A DNA stretch of 64,000 nt from Chrysomallon squamiferum (taxonomy: Eukaryota > Animalia > Mollusca). The notes under the pieces were generated by a model. It was not told the DNA's origin. It saw nothing but the letters and a program-made list of their open reading frames with translations, and did no database searches. Positions 28,161 to 42,400 of the stretch are shown piece after piece; positions within the stretch are counted from its first letter, which is position 1; the number at the start of each line of letters is the position of its first letter. The stretch is taken from contig CM022677.1 of NCBI GenBank assembly GCA_012295275.1, positions 6,882,001-6,946,000 on the forward strand, read 5' to 3'. A program made the position numbers and the translations under genes.

Positions 28161-29929
28161 TGCAAAAATAAAACAAATAAAACAGTAAAAGACGACAGAA
28201 TCTATTCTCCACAGGCATAGCATCATCATCATCATCAGCATCATCATCAGCAGCAGAAACATACTGCCACTGCTTGCACAGACATCCATTTTATGGCAGA
28301 AGGGAAGATGGTAGAAAGTGTAAATGTGAAAATAAATGAAGAATGTATTAATAATAATTAAGATACCAGCTATAACATGCAAAATCCACATATTTTAAAA
28401 TACATTTTAAGTTAAAATTGTCCTTTTCTCTCTCAAAATAAACTATGATTCATCTGCAAGCATTAAACTTTTACAGAAGAGCAGTTTACATTACAAAACC
28501 CCAGTTTACATGCTTTTAAACCCCAATTTACATTCATTAAAAATTGTCCTGTATTTTTTATTTATCATGGCCTTAAGTACTTCTTTTTTTAGAAATGAGG
28601 TAAAAACACTTACTTGCTGATAAACCTGTTTGATGTCTGATGTCTTTTAAGTCAGTTATGTTTTTCATCACTATGATTACAGTACCTTCAAATAGTAACC
28701 ATAGACATAAATGAATTCATTAGGTGGATATAGTTTCTACTGGAATAGAGAATTATGGTTTACATTTTTTAAATCAAATCTTTGTAAAAAAAACTACAAT
28801 AATAATTTAAAAATTGCAATTTCGGTATGAGGTATTTGTCTCATTTGCCTTAATGTAGTTACAGCCATGTTTAATATTTACTTGTAATCATTGACTGTCA
28901 CATAAATGATATTAAAATATTGTGAATGACAAAATCTCTCGAAATTTTTATATAAGGTTGTCTTTTTCTGATACTGTGAAAATTAATGTTTTTGACTCAT
29001 ACATCTATGTCAGCTATGGAATAAATAAGTGTATAAAAAATATTTTAAAAGTTGACAAATCAGAAAATATAATAAGAAATATATCAGCAGTAACTATTGC
29101 ATACAGACAGCATACGAAGAAACCCTGTGAAAACCTGAAGTTCTAAGAATCTACTGTTTAAGTTAGTTTTCACTGGGAAGTTTATTTAATAAGCAATTTT
29201 ATTTATTTATTTAATATTTATTTATTTTAAGGATTGTATTTATTTTATTTATTTTATGTATGTTTACCATTTCACAAGCAAATCTGAAAAAAAAAAAAAA
29301 ACCTAAATTTAAACTCTCAACACTGATAGTTCAATCAATAAAAAAGAAACAAGAAGCAATCTTACTTTTACAGTGATAATTAAGTTTACACAAAAATTTG
29401 CTTATTTACCCTAAAGTAACCTAATATTTGCAGCAACAATTTACTTTAAACAAAACCATTTCAGCAACTGAAATATTTACTCATTATATTATTATTTAAA
29501 TCAGTTTTGAACTATATCGGTATTTACATTTTCATCATCAATAGCAAAAATCATATATCCAGAACCTTTTCTTTTTCAAAATGAATATTTAATGGCCCAA
29601 ATTTGTTTTTTGAGCCACCATATATTTTAGATGAGTTTTGAGCTCTGTGTGTGTGTTTTCCAATACTTGTCATAGTGTTTTTAAACCCCCTAGACATAAT
29701 AACAAGAATAAATATTGGCACTGTGACACCAAGACATTCTGGAAATTCCAAATAATCATGTTAAGACAGTCCCATGTTGTTGTTTTTTGATGATTATGGG
29801 ATTATAACACTAAATAACACATTCACATGAAAACTTAAAAACGTTGAAAGTATTATAGAAATAATGATAGATAAAAAAAAAAAATGGTCTTAAAAGTTCT
29901 ATTCTGCATTATTTCACTTTTACCTTAGG

Positions 29930-31353
29930 CAATGGTTTCAGTTTGTTTACATTAATTTCAGAGAAGTAACATGCTGCTGTTTGTTCAATTCTGTGTCTCC
30001 TACCAAGTTTACAGATCAACAAAATTCATTTTCTCTTTTGTTTTCATCTTAAAATGGGAACATGATTTCATCTGCATTACTGTTATTTTCAATGATTAGC
30101 AGAATTAGTAACAGACAGACCACCAATCACAGACTGTTCAGTTTCTTCCAACTGATCAAACTGGCCTCCAGTTTTTATAACCTGCAAGGATAACATCTCA
30201 CACACTTTTGTCATCCTGTCCAAGAACAAAACTGGGACGTTTCTACTCCTGTTTATGGTACACATTACCACTGGTTTGTGATCTAATCTGATGTATTACA
30301 GTCATCTGAATCCACTCATTGCATTTACCATCCAAACCAAAGTTATAATAGTGAATTCACCGCACTTTGTCAATCACAGCTGGAATTTTTTGTTCAATGA
30401 CTGCAGCTGAACACAATCATGTTGTCAAATGTACACCTGAGTTCCATTCTTTTAGGTCCAGAGCCACTTAATTAAATTCTGATGCAAATGGAAAACACAC
30501 GATATGTCTGGGTGAAGTTCTTTTGAATATTTTACAAACATCGCAAGTTTCAGTTACCTCTTATGACAATCATCATCACTGACACCTGCATCCTTTAATA
30601 ACATTGCAAGTCTTTGATTCAAAGGATGAGAAAACTGTTTATGAAGTTGTAAAGTGATTTTCTTTTTTTCTAATCAGGAATAGTGTAGAAAAGTTGTTTT
30701 GGATCATCAAGATGAACACAGTGTGTATACAAATTAATCTGCTTTCCAAGAATTTAGCTCAGTCATGCTCTAAATCTGACACTACTGCGCAGTTTTCACT
30801 GCTGTTTTTACCCAAAAGTAATTGTATGTCACTTTCAACCAGATCTGTTGTATGATACATTTTACGCTGAAATAAACCTCGAAATGCTCCACAGCCATGC
30901 TAATTATTTCGCTTTTGTGTATAAAACACTCCATTTTCCTCCACTACATAAATTAATGCCAACTGTTGAATTGTCGTTATCATTTATTTGTTTCAACAAA
31001 TATTACACATCTGTAGTCGGAACCAGTAAGTACAAAGTTGTCGTTCTTTGTAACACAAATCAGCTCCGTCTGGTTACTTAAACGCTAACATATACGGCTG
31101 CAAGATTGTCTTTTTTATATTTTCGTCAGCAAAGTCGACATTCTATCGTCTTTCATCAACGCCGAGTTCACTGAACACTTTATCAGGATGGACCCTTCAC
31201 TTTCCTGCAATGATAACGCTATCACTGTTTATTTTTCCACATCTATAATATTCTGCTAACGCTTTAATTTCATCCATCCAGCTGCTGTACGTTTTGTAAC
31301 TTTCGGTCGGCGTCTTCAAATAAAAAATAAATTAACAACAACGCTCTGTACCA
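29930..31353 (-). mobile_element. Ty1/Copia (GalEa-like) LTR retrotransposon relic: gag N-terminus and integrase fragments
   Basis: PBS-like TGGTA-CAGAGC at ~31343-31353 (GalEa PBS is TGGTAGCAGAGC). Gag-like pieces KTYSSWMDEIKA, VIALSL and DKVFSELG. Integrase zinc-finger region LQLHKQFSHP...CDVCKIFKRTSPR...FASEFN*VALDLK at ~30450-30655. Heavily deleted. Confidence 0.75.
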
Positions 31354-32494
31354 AAATAAAATCCATCGTCAAGCCCACACTTACTACGATACATTACTCC
31401 AAAAACCAAGAATAACAAGCACTCCTTCCGATAGAGTTCCATACACAAATCCAACACCAAACGTAATTGGCTGAATAATAAAACAGTGACCTATGATGTG
31501 ATCTGTAATAAACATATCCATCCAATCAGCACTATTATATGATCTGCTGCAGTCCAACTCAATTACTGATTAACCATCCCGTTGTGGAATGCACACCAAT
31601 TTGAAACTGGTCCATGATATACTGGTAAACTTAAAGAATTATGTTAACAATTATTGTTGGAGATCTAATTAACTGTTTTATATCTTTTCATAGTTTTGAA
31701 GAGAAAAATGCCATGTGCATTAACTTTAACTTAATATTTATAGTTACTTTTATTATGTATTAATAACAATTTATACTACATAATTCACTGTTTATATATT
31801 AGTTTACATTATATTTCTTATAAAATTTTTGTCATTTATTAAAACAGAAATATATTTTAAAGTCAAAATGTAGAAGTAATTTACTTTTATTTTCTCATAA
31901 ATTTTAAAAATATTTATAAAATAAATAAATAAATAAAAGAGAAAAATCGCAGGTTTTGTATTATTTTCTGTGCAGTTTCTCCAGCTTAAAAAAGCACATT
32001 AATTTAGCTTTCTCCGTATTTCTCTGCATCTCTTTATAGAAAAATAATACCACCTCCTCTGACTGTCTCTGTGTTGCACAGTTTACATAATAAAATATCC
32101 AAGTAACATTATATATTTTATTATTTTTATTATGCAGGCATCATTATCCACGAAAACACACGTATTATTAATAAAATATAAACTCGATTTGTTTTTTCGC
32201 TCTGCTGCTAGTCGTGTTATCTCAAGTTATCAGTAAAAAAAGTGTGACATCGTTCTAAAGTAAAAATATTTAATACCACTTGCAGAAACTATTTATATAT
32301 TTGATAAATAAAAGATTCTCTCTATGTTGTTTTCTATTATTCTATAACATATAATATTGATAATTACTGAAATTATAGGGTATTATGGTTAATGTTTTGT
32401 ATGTAACATACTAGAGATTATATAAAAAATAAAACAAGCTCTTGTTACTGGAAGAAACGGGATCCCGCTGGGCTAAAATGAAATTTGTTATCTA

Positions 32495-32776
32495 TCACAG
32501 TTTAGTTACATTGAAAATCACAGAAAGAGGCAAATCTTCTGGAGTCACAACGGTTATACTGCTTGTGTAATGACTAGCGCTATGGCCATAAGGTTGCAAG
32601 AAACCCAGGGGATATTTACCATGTTCTGATACATTACAGCAATCAGCACTTGAGTTAGTTACAGAAGATTTTTTGATGCACTGGAAACCATCATGTATTT
32701 TGGAAAAACGAATTAGTTTAGATGAATCATTTTGATTTTGCTGATATGAATATTCACACATCTCCCATACAGGCAC
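32495..32776 (-). other. Exon-like open block, unknown protein
   Basis: 93 codons open after a TGTAG acceptor, with non-repetitive composition (…HGKYPLGFLQPYGHS…). No family confidently recognised. Confidence 0.3.
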
Positions 32777-34098
32777 TACAACAATGAGAAGTGTTTTGAG
32801 ATTTTCATTTCACAATGGAAATTCAGTTTAAATTCTAATTAAAAATGAAAACGTAGGTTTTTCTGTCTGTCCTTTTCTTTCTGTTATTTTTATTTAGTTT
32901 ATTTTTATTTTTACCGAAAAGCAAGTTGATTAAATATGCATTTAATTTTTACAAAGACATTAATAATAACTTAAAAAACAAAAACTTATTGGTAAAGTGA
33001 AAAAGTGAAGAGTAAACTCAACAAGTAAGTTTATGCTAAACACTTTACTAGAGCAAAAACATGAAAATTTACTTTTCAATGTTCAGTACCAAAATAGTGG
33101 CGTTTTTAATCATCCAAAGTATTGAAAATTTACTAAATGTTGTGTCCTTATTAAATTCAAAAATTTTAAAAACTGAGTTTACTAAATATGAAATCAGAAA
33201 ATTATCAATCTTTAAGTGTTATAATACATGTTAATTTTTATGATTTTTTCTTTTCTATTTTTCCTTTCTTTCTTTATTATTATTTGTTCCTGCAAATATT
33301 TGCAGATTACTTTTTAAAGTTTATTTATTTCATTCTTTTCTTTTCTTTTGTTTTTCTTTGTCAACAGTAAAACATATTTCCTGTATGAGCAGTATTGTTA
33401 TTATTATTATTACTCTTGTTGTTATTATAAAATAAAGATATAACGATGCTATCAGAATATATTAACCTATATTCTTAATATTTCGTTAAATCACAACAAT
33501 GTCGCTGACTTTCCGGTAAAATAAAACGTAAAATACGTCGAGTATCTCATTGTTATTTGTGTAAACTGCGCTTAAAAAATAGAATGTCACCTTAAACTGT
33601 TCTAGTGAGATTACAACTTTCTATATTTCTAAACATATACTGGTATTTTGATATCTAACTATGAATGTATCTAGCAGATATCACATTAACAACAAGCATT
33701 CTTACTTTTTACTATTAATCCGGAAGACGAAGATAAACGACTTACTTTCTCACTTGTTCATGTATAATTGCTTATACCGGAAGAATAGAAATATATGCAA
33801 ACCCCAGCTATATTTCTCAGAGATTGTCAGTATCATCATTTGTGGGGTACCTTCAGCTTGGGCATTAATTTATTCTCTATGGTGTATTATAATAAAGTGT
33901 AATATACAAAACTGCTCCTTATTTTTTTAATTATTAATTCATTAATAAGCACTACATTTCTTAATTAAGTTATGACGTAAATATCCATGAAAATTAATTT
34001 AAGTGTAACTAATAGAATTCGATCTCAATTTCATTTTATCTATATATAAAATTAAGGGTTTTCATAGTAAGACTACTTCGTCTTAATTGTATTGCCCT

Positions 34099-34141
<43 letters not shown>

Positions 34142-35109
34142 CATATTAAAACACATCAAAGGCAGAAATAGCAGAAAATTTATGTTAATGACAAAATATG
34201 TTAATTTTAAATACGGTATTCTGTTTTATTATCACTGTACCATTTATTATTACAGAATATTGTTTGATATATATCACGTTAAAATACAGTGCAGCATACC
34301 TTATCAAGCTTTATTTTCTAATACTTGTCAGAATAGAACTAATGTAAACTAAAGTTAACCATTAATTTAAATATTCTAATAATAATAATGATATATATAT
34401 TCACAGCATCGAGGATTACATCTGTTATATTACTGTTGCAGTTTGGTTTTTGGAAAGATATTACAAAATAGGTGGTACAGTATAATACTTCGATAATTTT
34501 AGAACAACAAATGCAACTCAGATATTACAACTTGAATAAATATTGTAACATTGTAAATACTTTTAACATTTTACTTACTACATTTTATACGAATACTAAT
34601 AATTCTACATCTTTCTTGTTACTACTAGTACTAGTACTAACAATTTTACTTGCTGCTGCTGCTGGTATGAACATTTTTACATACGATAAAATCACAACCT
34701 GTATTTACTTTTAATACACTACATGTTACTATTAGGATTAAGATTTTTACTCTGTGTTACTATGTGTATTAACATTTTTACCTACGACATATCGATGCTG
34801 AAATTTCACTTGTAAATTTACTACACGTTACTAGTACCAGCATTTTTACTACATGATACTACTAGTACTAACATTTTTACTTACGATACTGAAATTTATA
34901 TTTTAATTCATACAGCTTACTACTACTATTATTATTTTAACTATATGTTACTACTTGTATTAACAGTTTTACTTACTACGTGTTACTACAAAGATTTCCA
35001 TTTTTACTACCTGTTACTTACTACTGGTATTAATATTTTTACTTACTACATCTCACCCATTAGCACTTTTACTTACAAAGTGTTATCACTTGTGTTTCAA
35101 TGTTATTTT

Positions 35110-35145
<36 letters not shown>

Positions 35146-35797
35146 TGTTTGTTTGTGTGTGTGTGTGTGTGTGTGTTTTATCACTAATGTACAAGACAGG
35201 CCTTGCTTGTATTTGTAAGATTAACACTAAAGAGTAATTACAAATTCTGTCTAGGACATTTTCAAGAAAATTGAAAGTCATGTATACACTAATCCTGCTC
35301 TATAGCTACTACCACTTCTGTACTACAACTATGCTACTACTACTGCTGTACTACTACTTCTTTTTGCCTACTACTACTATCTATAACTACAATTGCCCTG
35401 CTTCTGCTGCCACTACAATTACAACTACATATTCTGCCTGTGTTACTTCACTATGCTATAAAATCGTTGGGAAAGTAAGTGCCGTTAATACTGGTGAAAT
35501 AATTTTTAGTAAATTTATTTGAAATGATTTAAGTTTATGAATTTCGAATTGTGATGTTTTTAAAATATTATTTCTCATGATAAATATTAATAATTTTGTT
35601 TTTACAGAGTAACTTGTGATCAACATCTACTGTAGGCAGAGAGATTACATTAGAAAATTCAGAGATTATATACTGTAGGGTCAAAATATTTGGACGCTCT
35701 TTTTGCGTTGGATTCTCAAAAATTATATGAAAATAGCAGATACTCCGGGAGTAGGGCAACAAAGATCCTATGTAAGTTAAATGGTGAAAAAACTGTT

Positions 35798-36000
35798 ACC
35801 TTATTAAATTACCAGTTTCAGCAGATGAAGTGACTTTAAAAGATTTTAAACGAGCTCCCTTTACGCAAGTTTGTTTACGCAACTTCCACCAGCTTTGTGT
35901 AGGGACGCCAATAACACTGTCGTCACAGCGCATAACTGACGTCACAAAACCCGAGCCAAATACGATGGCAGGTGCCCGGAATCTCGGCATCTGATTGGTT
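35798..36000 (-). promoter_or_regulatory. Possible Pol II promoter and first exon
   Basis: CpG-richer island with a palindromic TGACGTCA (~35937), a CCAAT box (CTGATTGG ~35991) and a downstream minus-strand donor AAG/GTAACAG at ~35798. Confidence 0.3.
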
Positions 36001-36131
36001 AAACTAATGTTATATAAACACTGTAGATGTTTTTATTTATTTATTTATTAAATTATTAATTTATTAATTATTAAAAACAGTATAAATTAATTTTATTTTC
36101 TAAAGAGATACTTTTATGATATTAAACTGTA

Positions 36132-36164
<33 letters not shown>

Positions 36165-36643
36165 CTTTGCTAACAAATATTTAAATACTCTGTAAAAATA
36201 TAGTCTAAGCACATTTTAGATATTTTCTCAAAATAGTGTTAGTATATTAAACAGACAGCTTAGTAATTTTACATTACTATAATTAATTCTGAATATAAGA
36301 TGAGGCCAGGATGTGATCTCTGAGCCTGTTACTTTATAGATTAACCATAACAGCATTGTTAAAAGTGTGAGTTTTTGTGTGTGTGTGTGTGTTCTTTTAT
36401 TCAACATTTCATTCATATTTCATTTTATTTTAATTTCTTAATATTAATTTTTATTTTTTTTTATTTTATAGTGAATGTCTTCATACTCTGGCTGGAAAGG
36501 AAGTAATACTTTGGATGTCAAATGGCAGGTCAAAAACAAAAAATTGAACCTTACTATTATTATTATTAGTAGTAGTAGTTTTAGTAGTAGCAGTAGTAGT
36601 AATAGTAGAATTGTATTACTATTGTTTTTATCATTATTATTAT

Positions 36644-36681
<38 letters not shown>

Positions 36682-37075
36682 TTATTATTATTACTATTGT
36701 TCTTATTGTTGCTGTTGTTATTTTATTTTTATTACTGTTATTAAAGTTATTATTACTATTATTTTCATATTATTAGTAGTATTTCTTTTTCTTTCTCATA
36801 TATCTCCGTTTCTTTTTCTTTAGCAAGAAATAATATTACACAGTTTATTCTGATATTTATTGATCTACATTTAAATGTTACATGAAATTTATGTTCATAA
36901 GTCTTATTTATATACAGTAAAACATTTATTTTATTAAGCAGGTGAAAATTCTGGATTTTATACAGGGAATAGGATGCTGGCAATCTCAGTACACTTTTGA
37001 GAGTAAACATTTGTGAGTGTCTGTGTTTATGTATGTATGTGTTTGTGTGTTATCATGTTTGTGTGAGTGTGTGTT

Positions 37076-37117
<42 letters not shown>

Positions 37118-38259
37118 GAAAAGTTTTATATGGTAGAGTAATAAGAGAACATTTGGGGTACTTTCTCATCACACAAATACGTTAACACACCACACCCTAG
37201 ATCTGTACCTACTGTGTCTTCTGTACAGAGAAATATCTATTTAACTTACTGTTTAGATGTTATAATTACTAATGTTGATATTTATTAAATAAATATAATT
37301 TTTTCATTTTCTGTTATTGCCTTGTTTTTCGTTATTAATGCCACTTTAAGATAAATTTGAATGAACTTTTACGAATGCAATAAACATCTCTACCAAAACC
37401 CAGTAACAGTAATCTAAATAATCCATTGAAGAAATCTGTGAATATTATTAACAATGTTCATTACGCTTTACTAATCTTGACTTCAGAAAAACAGTTGATT
37501 AAAGACGTGCACATTTCAGCATCTCTGAAAATGTATCCTTTTTCATACAACTTCAGAATGATTATTGTAAACACTCATTTGACAACATCCGTGATTTCTT
37601 CAAGTGAGGATAATGTAAATTATGTTAACTCTCTCCCTTGATCGCTGACTGCAAATCATAAAATGTAAATTGGTATATGGAATGTATTTCCATTAGTTTG
37701 TATATTTCAGTAAAAATACTGAGTCCTTTTTTCACATTCACAGTTTACAAAAGATATTTTACTTATACATTCAGATTCAGAAAATAAATTTAAATAGGAC
37801 AATTTTACTTTTTTTTATGCAGACAGGTACATATGGATGTATATACACTCGCAGATAATACATATTTCATGTTCTGAAGAGTTTACAAAATAGAACCGTT
37901 AATTAAAAGGTTAGTATGTAGATTGCTTGTTTTTTAAAATGAAGTATTTAGTTTTTATCTCGACAGAAACAATACACTAAGAATAAATCTGATTTCTCTG
38001 ATAACTTTACGAGGCCTAATAAAAAATTCGAAGTAATTTTTATATCCGCACTCAGAACAGTTCTAATGGAACTAAGAGAATAGCGTCAAACATATATAGG
38101 AAGCTTCCGTTTTTACAGAAAAATAAAAACTAAATAAAAAATAAAGATATTACTATTGTTGTTATTGTTCTGCTGTTGACAAAAAAGAGGACAAATATGC
38201 TTCATTGTTATATAGATTATTACTGGTGGAGCGGTTATAGTAATATCTAAAGTAATAAC

Positions 38260-38600
38260 ATGCTAATCAGTACATACTATCGTGATTCCAGGGAATTAAC
38301 TCTGATATTTTTCAATATAACCTGATATAAATATACGATATTAATAATACGATATAAAATTAACTTTTCTCAACATACTTAATCTACAAACTAAATATCA
38401 TTGTTCAACCAGCAATTAATTCTCATCTTTTTCGTTTTATAAGTAATTAAACCGCTTATTTTCATAACGCCATGTAGAATTATCATTTATAACTGTCAGT
38501 AATATCTAATAGATATGGTTATCAATATTTTCTGTAGTAATATTCAATTCAACGTTATAGTAAAATTACACCTTTTTATTATACGATTTAGAATTAGCAA
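38260..38600. repeat. Dispersed repeat, inverted relative to 9870-10240
   Basis: Reverse-complement match to the 9.9-10.2 kb segment. Confidence 0.8.
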
Positions 38601-38663
38601 AGTAAAATATTCTGCCTGACATAAGATTTTAAAATCAAAACATGAAAGAAACGGAATCGAAGA

Positions 38664-38836
<173 letters not shown>

Positions 38837-39059
38837 TTACTCAATAACACAAACATCCAATACAAATAAAATAGGAGAAACAACCGCACGAACAAAAAGA
38901 GCAAATATAAAAATATAAATACAAACAAAAAAAACGTTTTAAAAACATGATTAAATATGAAACTGTATACTGGAGATCTACAGACATGTTTTAAATCCGA
39001 GTTTTAAATAGGGGTCATGTTTCGTCTTTATTTACTGAGTACGTTCAAGTTAGTTTTAC

Positions 39060-39430
39060 ATGTTAAAAATTATTATACTGTTTCTATTAATGACGCCGTC
39101 GTTGCCTTCGTAACGGAGTTGTTCCTAATTTTAGTGGAGTAGTTCTCATTAGTTTTCAGCGCTTTTTATTAATTATTCCTATTTTCCGAGGGCGCGGATC
39201 ACATATTAAAATATATTATTGTAATGTCGTTGCCGTCGTACTGGCGTTGCCCTTAACGTTATTGGAGTACTCATTATTCTTTTTCGCTTTATATTCGATG
39301 TTATTCTTATTTTGTGACAGTGCGCATCCTGTATTAAAATATATGATTATTATTTCGCTTAATGTCGCCGTCGTTGCCATCGTAAAGGGGTTATTCGTAA
39401 TGTTTTTTGAGTGCTTATCATTATTCTTTT
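39060..39430. repeat. ~138-bp repeat family, copy 3 (about 3 units)
   Basis: TTAAAA.T...ATTAT...AATG.CGCCGTCGTTGCC.TCGTA units, same orientation as 7600-7995. Confidence 0.8.
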
Positions 39431-42400
39431 AAAAAAAATCATAAAAACATTACAAAAATATGTAGAAATTTCACTATGCACAATGACATCAGTGACAGAC
39501 TTTCACTGGAATTATCTAATTTATGTATGAGAATGGTTTTTATTTTTACTATGACAGATGAGAAAACATTAATGAAATATACATATTTATATAATCTGTT
39601 TTTTCTTTGAGTATCTGAATGAAAGTAAAATATCTTATTCAGCCGTCTCTTTCATTCACTTAGCTCTGTCTTTGTCACTGTCTCTAAATTGTCTCAGTCT
39701 AATTCTCTGCCTCATTCACGTGTTTTATAATTATTTTTATAATTATCTCTTTTTATAATTATTTTATTTATTTGTTGTATTTATTATTATTAATTATTTT
39801 ATTATTATTATTTTAAATTTTTGGGCATGGATATAGTCAGAAATTAAAGTGAAAAACAGAACTAGAAGTGACATCACTGTATTTCAAACTCAATGTGCAG
39901 CCAGTTAACTAAATTTTCAGCATAATCAAAACAGTCTAAAATTCCACCAGAGCGTTAGACAAATTTGAACTGTTGACATCTAGTTTTTTAATGAAATATT
40001 TGTTAGAATTGCAACAATACAAATAACTTATTTTTCTCTACTATCAGATTTTGCAAAAAAACATATTGTTACTTCACTTAGTATTTTATCAAGAGAGAAT
40101 AAAAATAACAAACTCACATTAGCTATTTCTGAATAAAGAAAATCAATTTGAATTATTTGATTTTTTTAATTATTATTACTATTATTATTTTTATTACCCT
40201 TACTGTTGTTATTACTATTATTATTATTATAATTACTAATGTATTATTATTATTATTATTATAAATAATTCTGCCTATTCACTGGGTTCCTTCATTTGGA
40301 AAAAACTAAACAATATTCTTAGCTGAAATAGATGAATTATTTATTGCATACAAATTAACATTAAACATGATAATGCCCATTTACCATCATGATCATGTTT
40401 GCTTTATAATGAAGTAACTATTCACACCAGCCCACAAAACACATTTACATATTATGTCATATTCAGTATGTGCCTTTATAATGTCTTTGTGTACGTTTTT
40501 ACTGATCTAGGTTTCCAAAGGGGAGGTTTACATATAATTAAATTTGAATAGATTATAGGCCATCAAATGAGAAATTTATATCATTTAAAATTTATTTAAA
40601 ATGTTTTGATACAATCTATTTTTAATTAATTTTTGTTTTAGACAGGAGCTGACAAAAGGGACATTTACATATATTTAAAACATTTTTAAATTAAACTGTC
40701 ATGACAATCTATTCATGAATTATTTTATCATATTGGCAAAAAATACAAAATCTACATACTTGCATATTTAAGGTTAACAAAACATATATATATATAAAAT
40801 ATTTTTAACAGATAACTGGGCCAACTAAAGGGAAATTATCTGATTTTTAAAGGTTTTGTTTTGTTTACAAACACAAAGCCTGCTGATATGAAACTCTTTC
40901 CAGATGTAATCAGTTGTAGAAACTGGTACATCTAAACATTCTTTAAGTTTCTACACACATATTATACATTTTATTTCTTTTTATTCTTTCACATCAAGAA
41001 CATACTCTTAAACTGTAAAAGAGAACATTTTGTTTTATAAAGCAAGAATCATCTCTCACTTAGCAAAACAGCACTTTTGAAAAACTATTTATAAAAAATT
41101 TCAATCACTTTTCATGATGTTAGAATGCCACAAACAATTCAGTGTGATTCTAATTATGCATAATGAAGACAAAATAAGGTTTTGCGTATAATCAGCTAAT
41201 AACAAATATTTTCAACACTTGTGAATTAAAAACAGCCGGTGTAATACCATCATGAAACAATTACAGCATTATTCCTTTTAGTTAAATCATTAGGAATGTA
41301 ACTGGAAAAATGAAGTGAATATTAATAGTAATAATTTTGATTACAGTAGTAATAGTAGTGGTAGTAATAATAGTAGTGATAATAATAATAATAATAATAA
41401 TACTGACAATAATAATCATAATAATAATAATAATAAACTAGTAATAATAATAATAATACATTTTTTACATTTACCATTTGATATGAGACATTAACTTGAA
41501 AGACTCTGTCATTATCCATACAGAAATGACTGAAATAATGTTCTTAAACACTTAATTAAAATATTCATACTGTATAATTAACCAATCCATTGAAAATAGT
41601 ATAATGTACAATGGTATAAATATAAAATTACAGTAAGATTTATTTTTCATGGTCACTATGAGTGAATTACAAAGTCAATAGTTTAAAAAAGCTAAAATAG
41701 ATATATCTGTTATAAATGATCAATACAGATAGTAAACTACTTTTGATTGGCTAATATGTCTGAGAAAATCATTTTGATTGGTTTAAAAAACAGTTGGTCA
41801 CATATATGTTTGTAAATAATATATAAATATCAAATGTTTTATTTTTATGTGAATATTTTTCTTTGGCTGATGTGTAGCTGGTAATTGATTAGGAACTAGA
41901 TTTAAAGACAGACTGGAAAATAAACAAAAATATCATAAAATGAAACATCTCTTGATTTGTTTACCAATTTTATTCTTGAAAACAAATGGTAGTTCTAAAT
42001 ACTGTGTTGTATTCAAATTCAGCTATAAGTTTCGGGAAGAGAAAACAGAATCATGTGGGTTGTTGTTAACAGGTTTTTAATAATATTTATATTATGTGTA
42101 TAATCAACATACTTTTGCTGTTTTAACCTGTCAGGACATCTGACCTTTGACCATGGACAGTGACTGTTCGATGCAATGTTTTAACGCAATAAGTGAACAG
42201 GAAATATGGTCCCATTGCATGCTTTATCTTCTCTGTGACTTCTGATGTTCCATGCAAGGTGTGTCAGCCAAAGGGACGCAACTTGAGGTTTGTCTGCTTC
42301 AGCTTTTTGTTTCAGTTTTGGTTCACTGTTATTTGAGTTTTGGCTGCAGCTTGTAATAAACAACTTTTTCAGTCTTCACATTTTATGTTAAAAGTGAGAG

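Noticed and set aside
32560-32640. Faint resemblance of PLGFLQPYGH to N-termini of invertebrate JmjC/cupin proteins
   Set aside because: Too short, and no downstream JmjC motifs were found.
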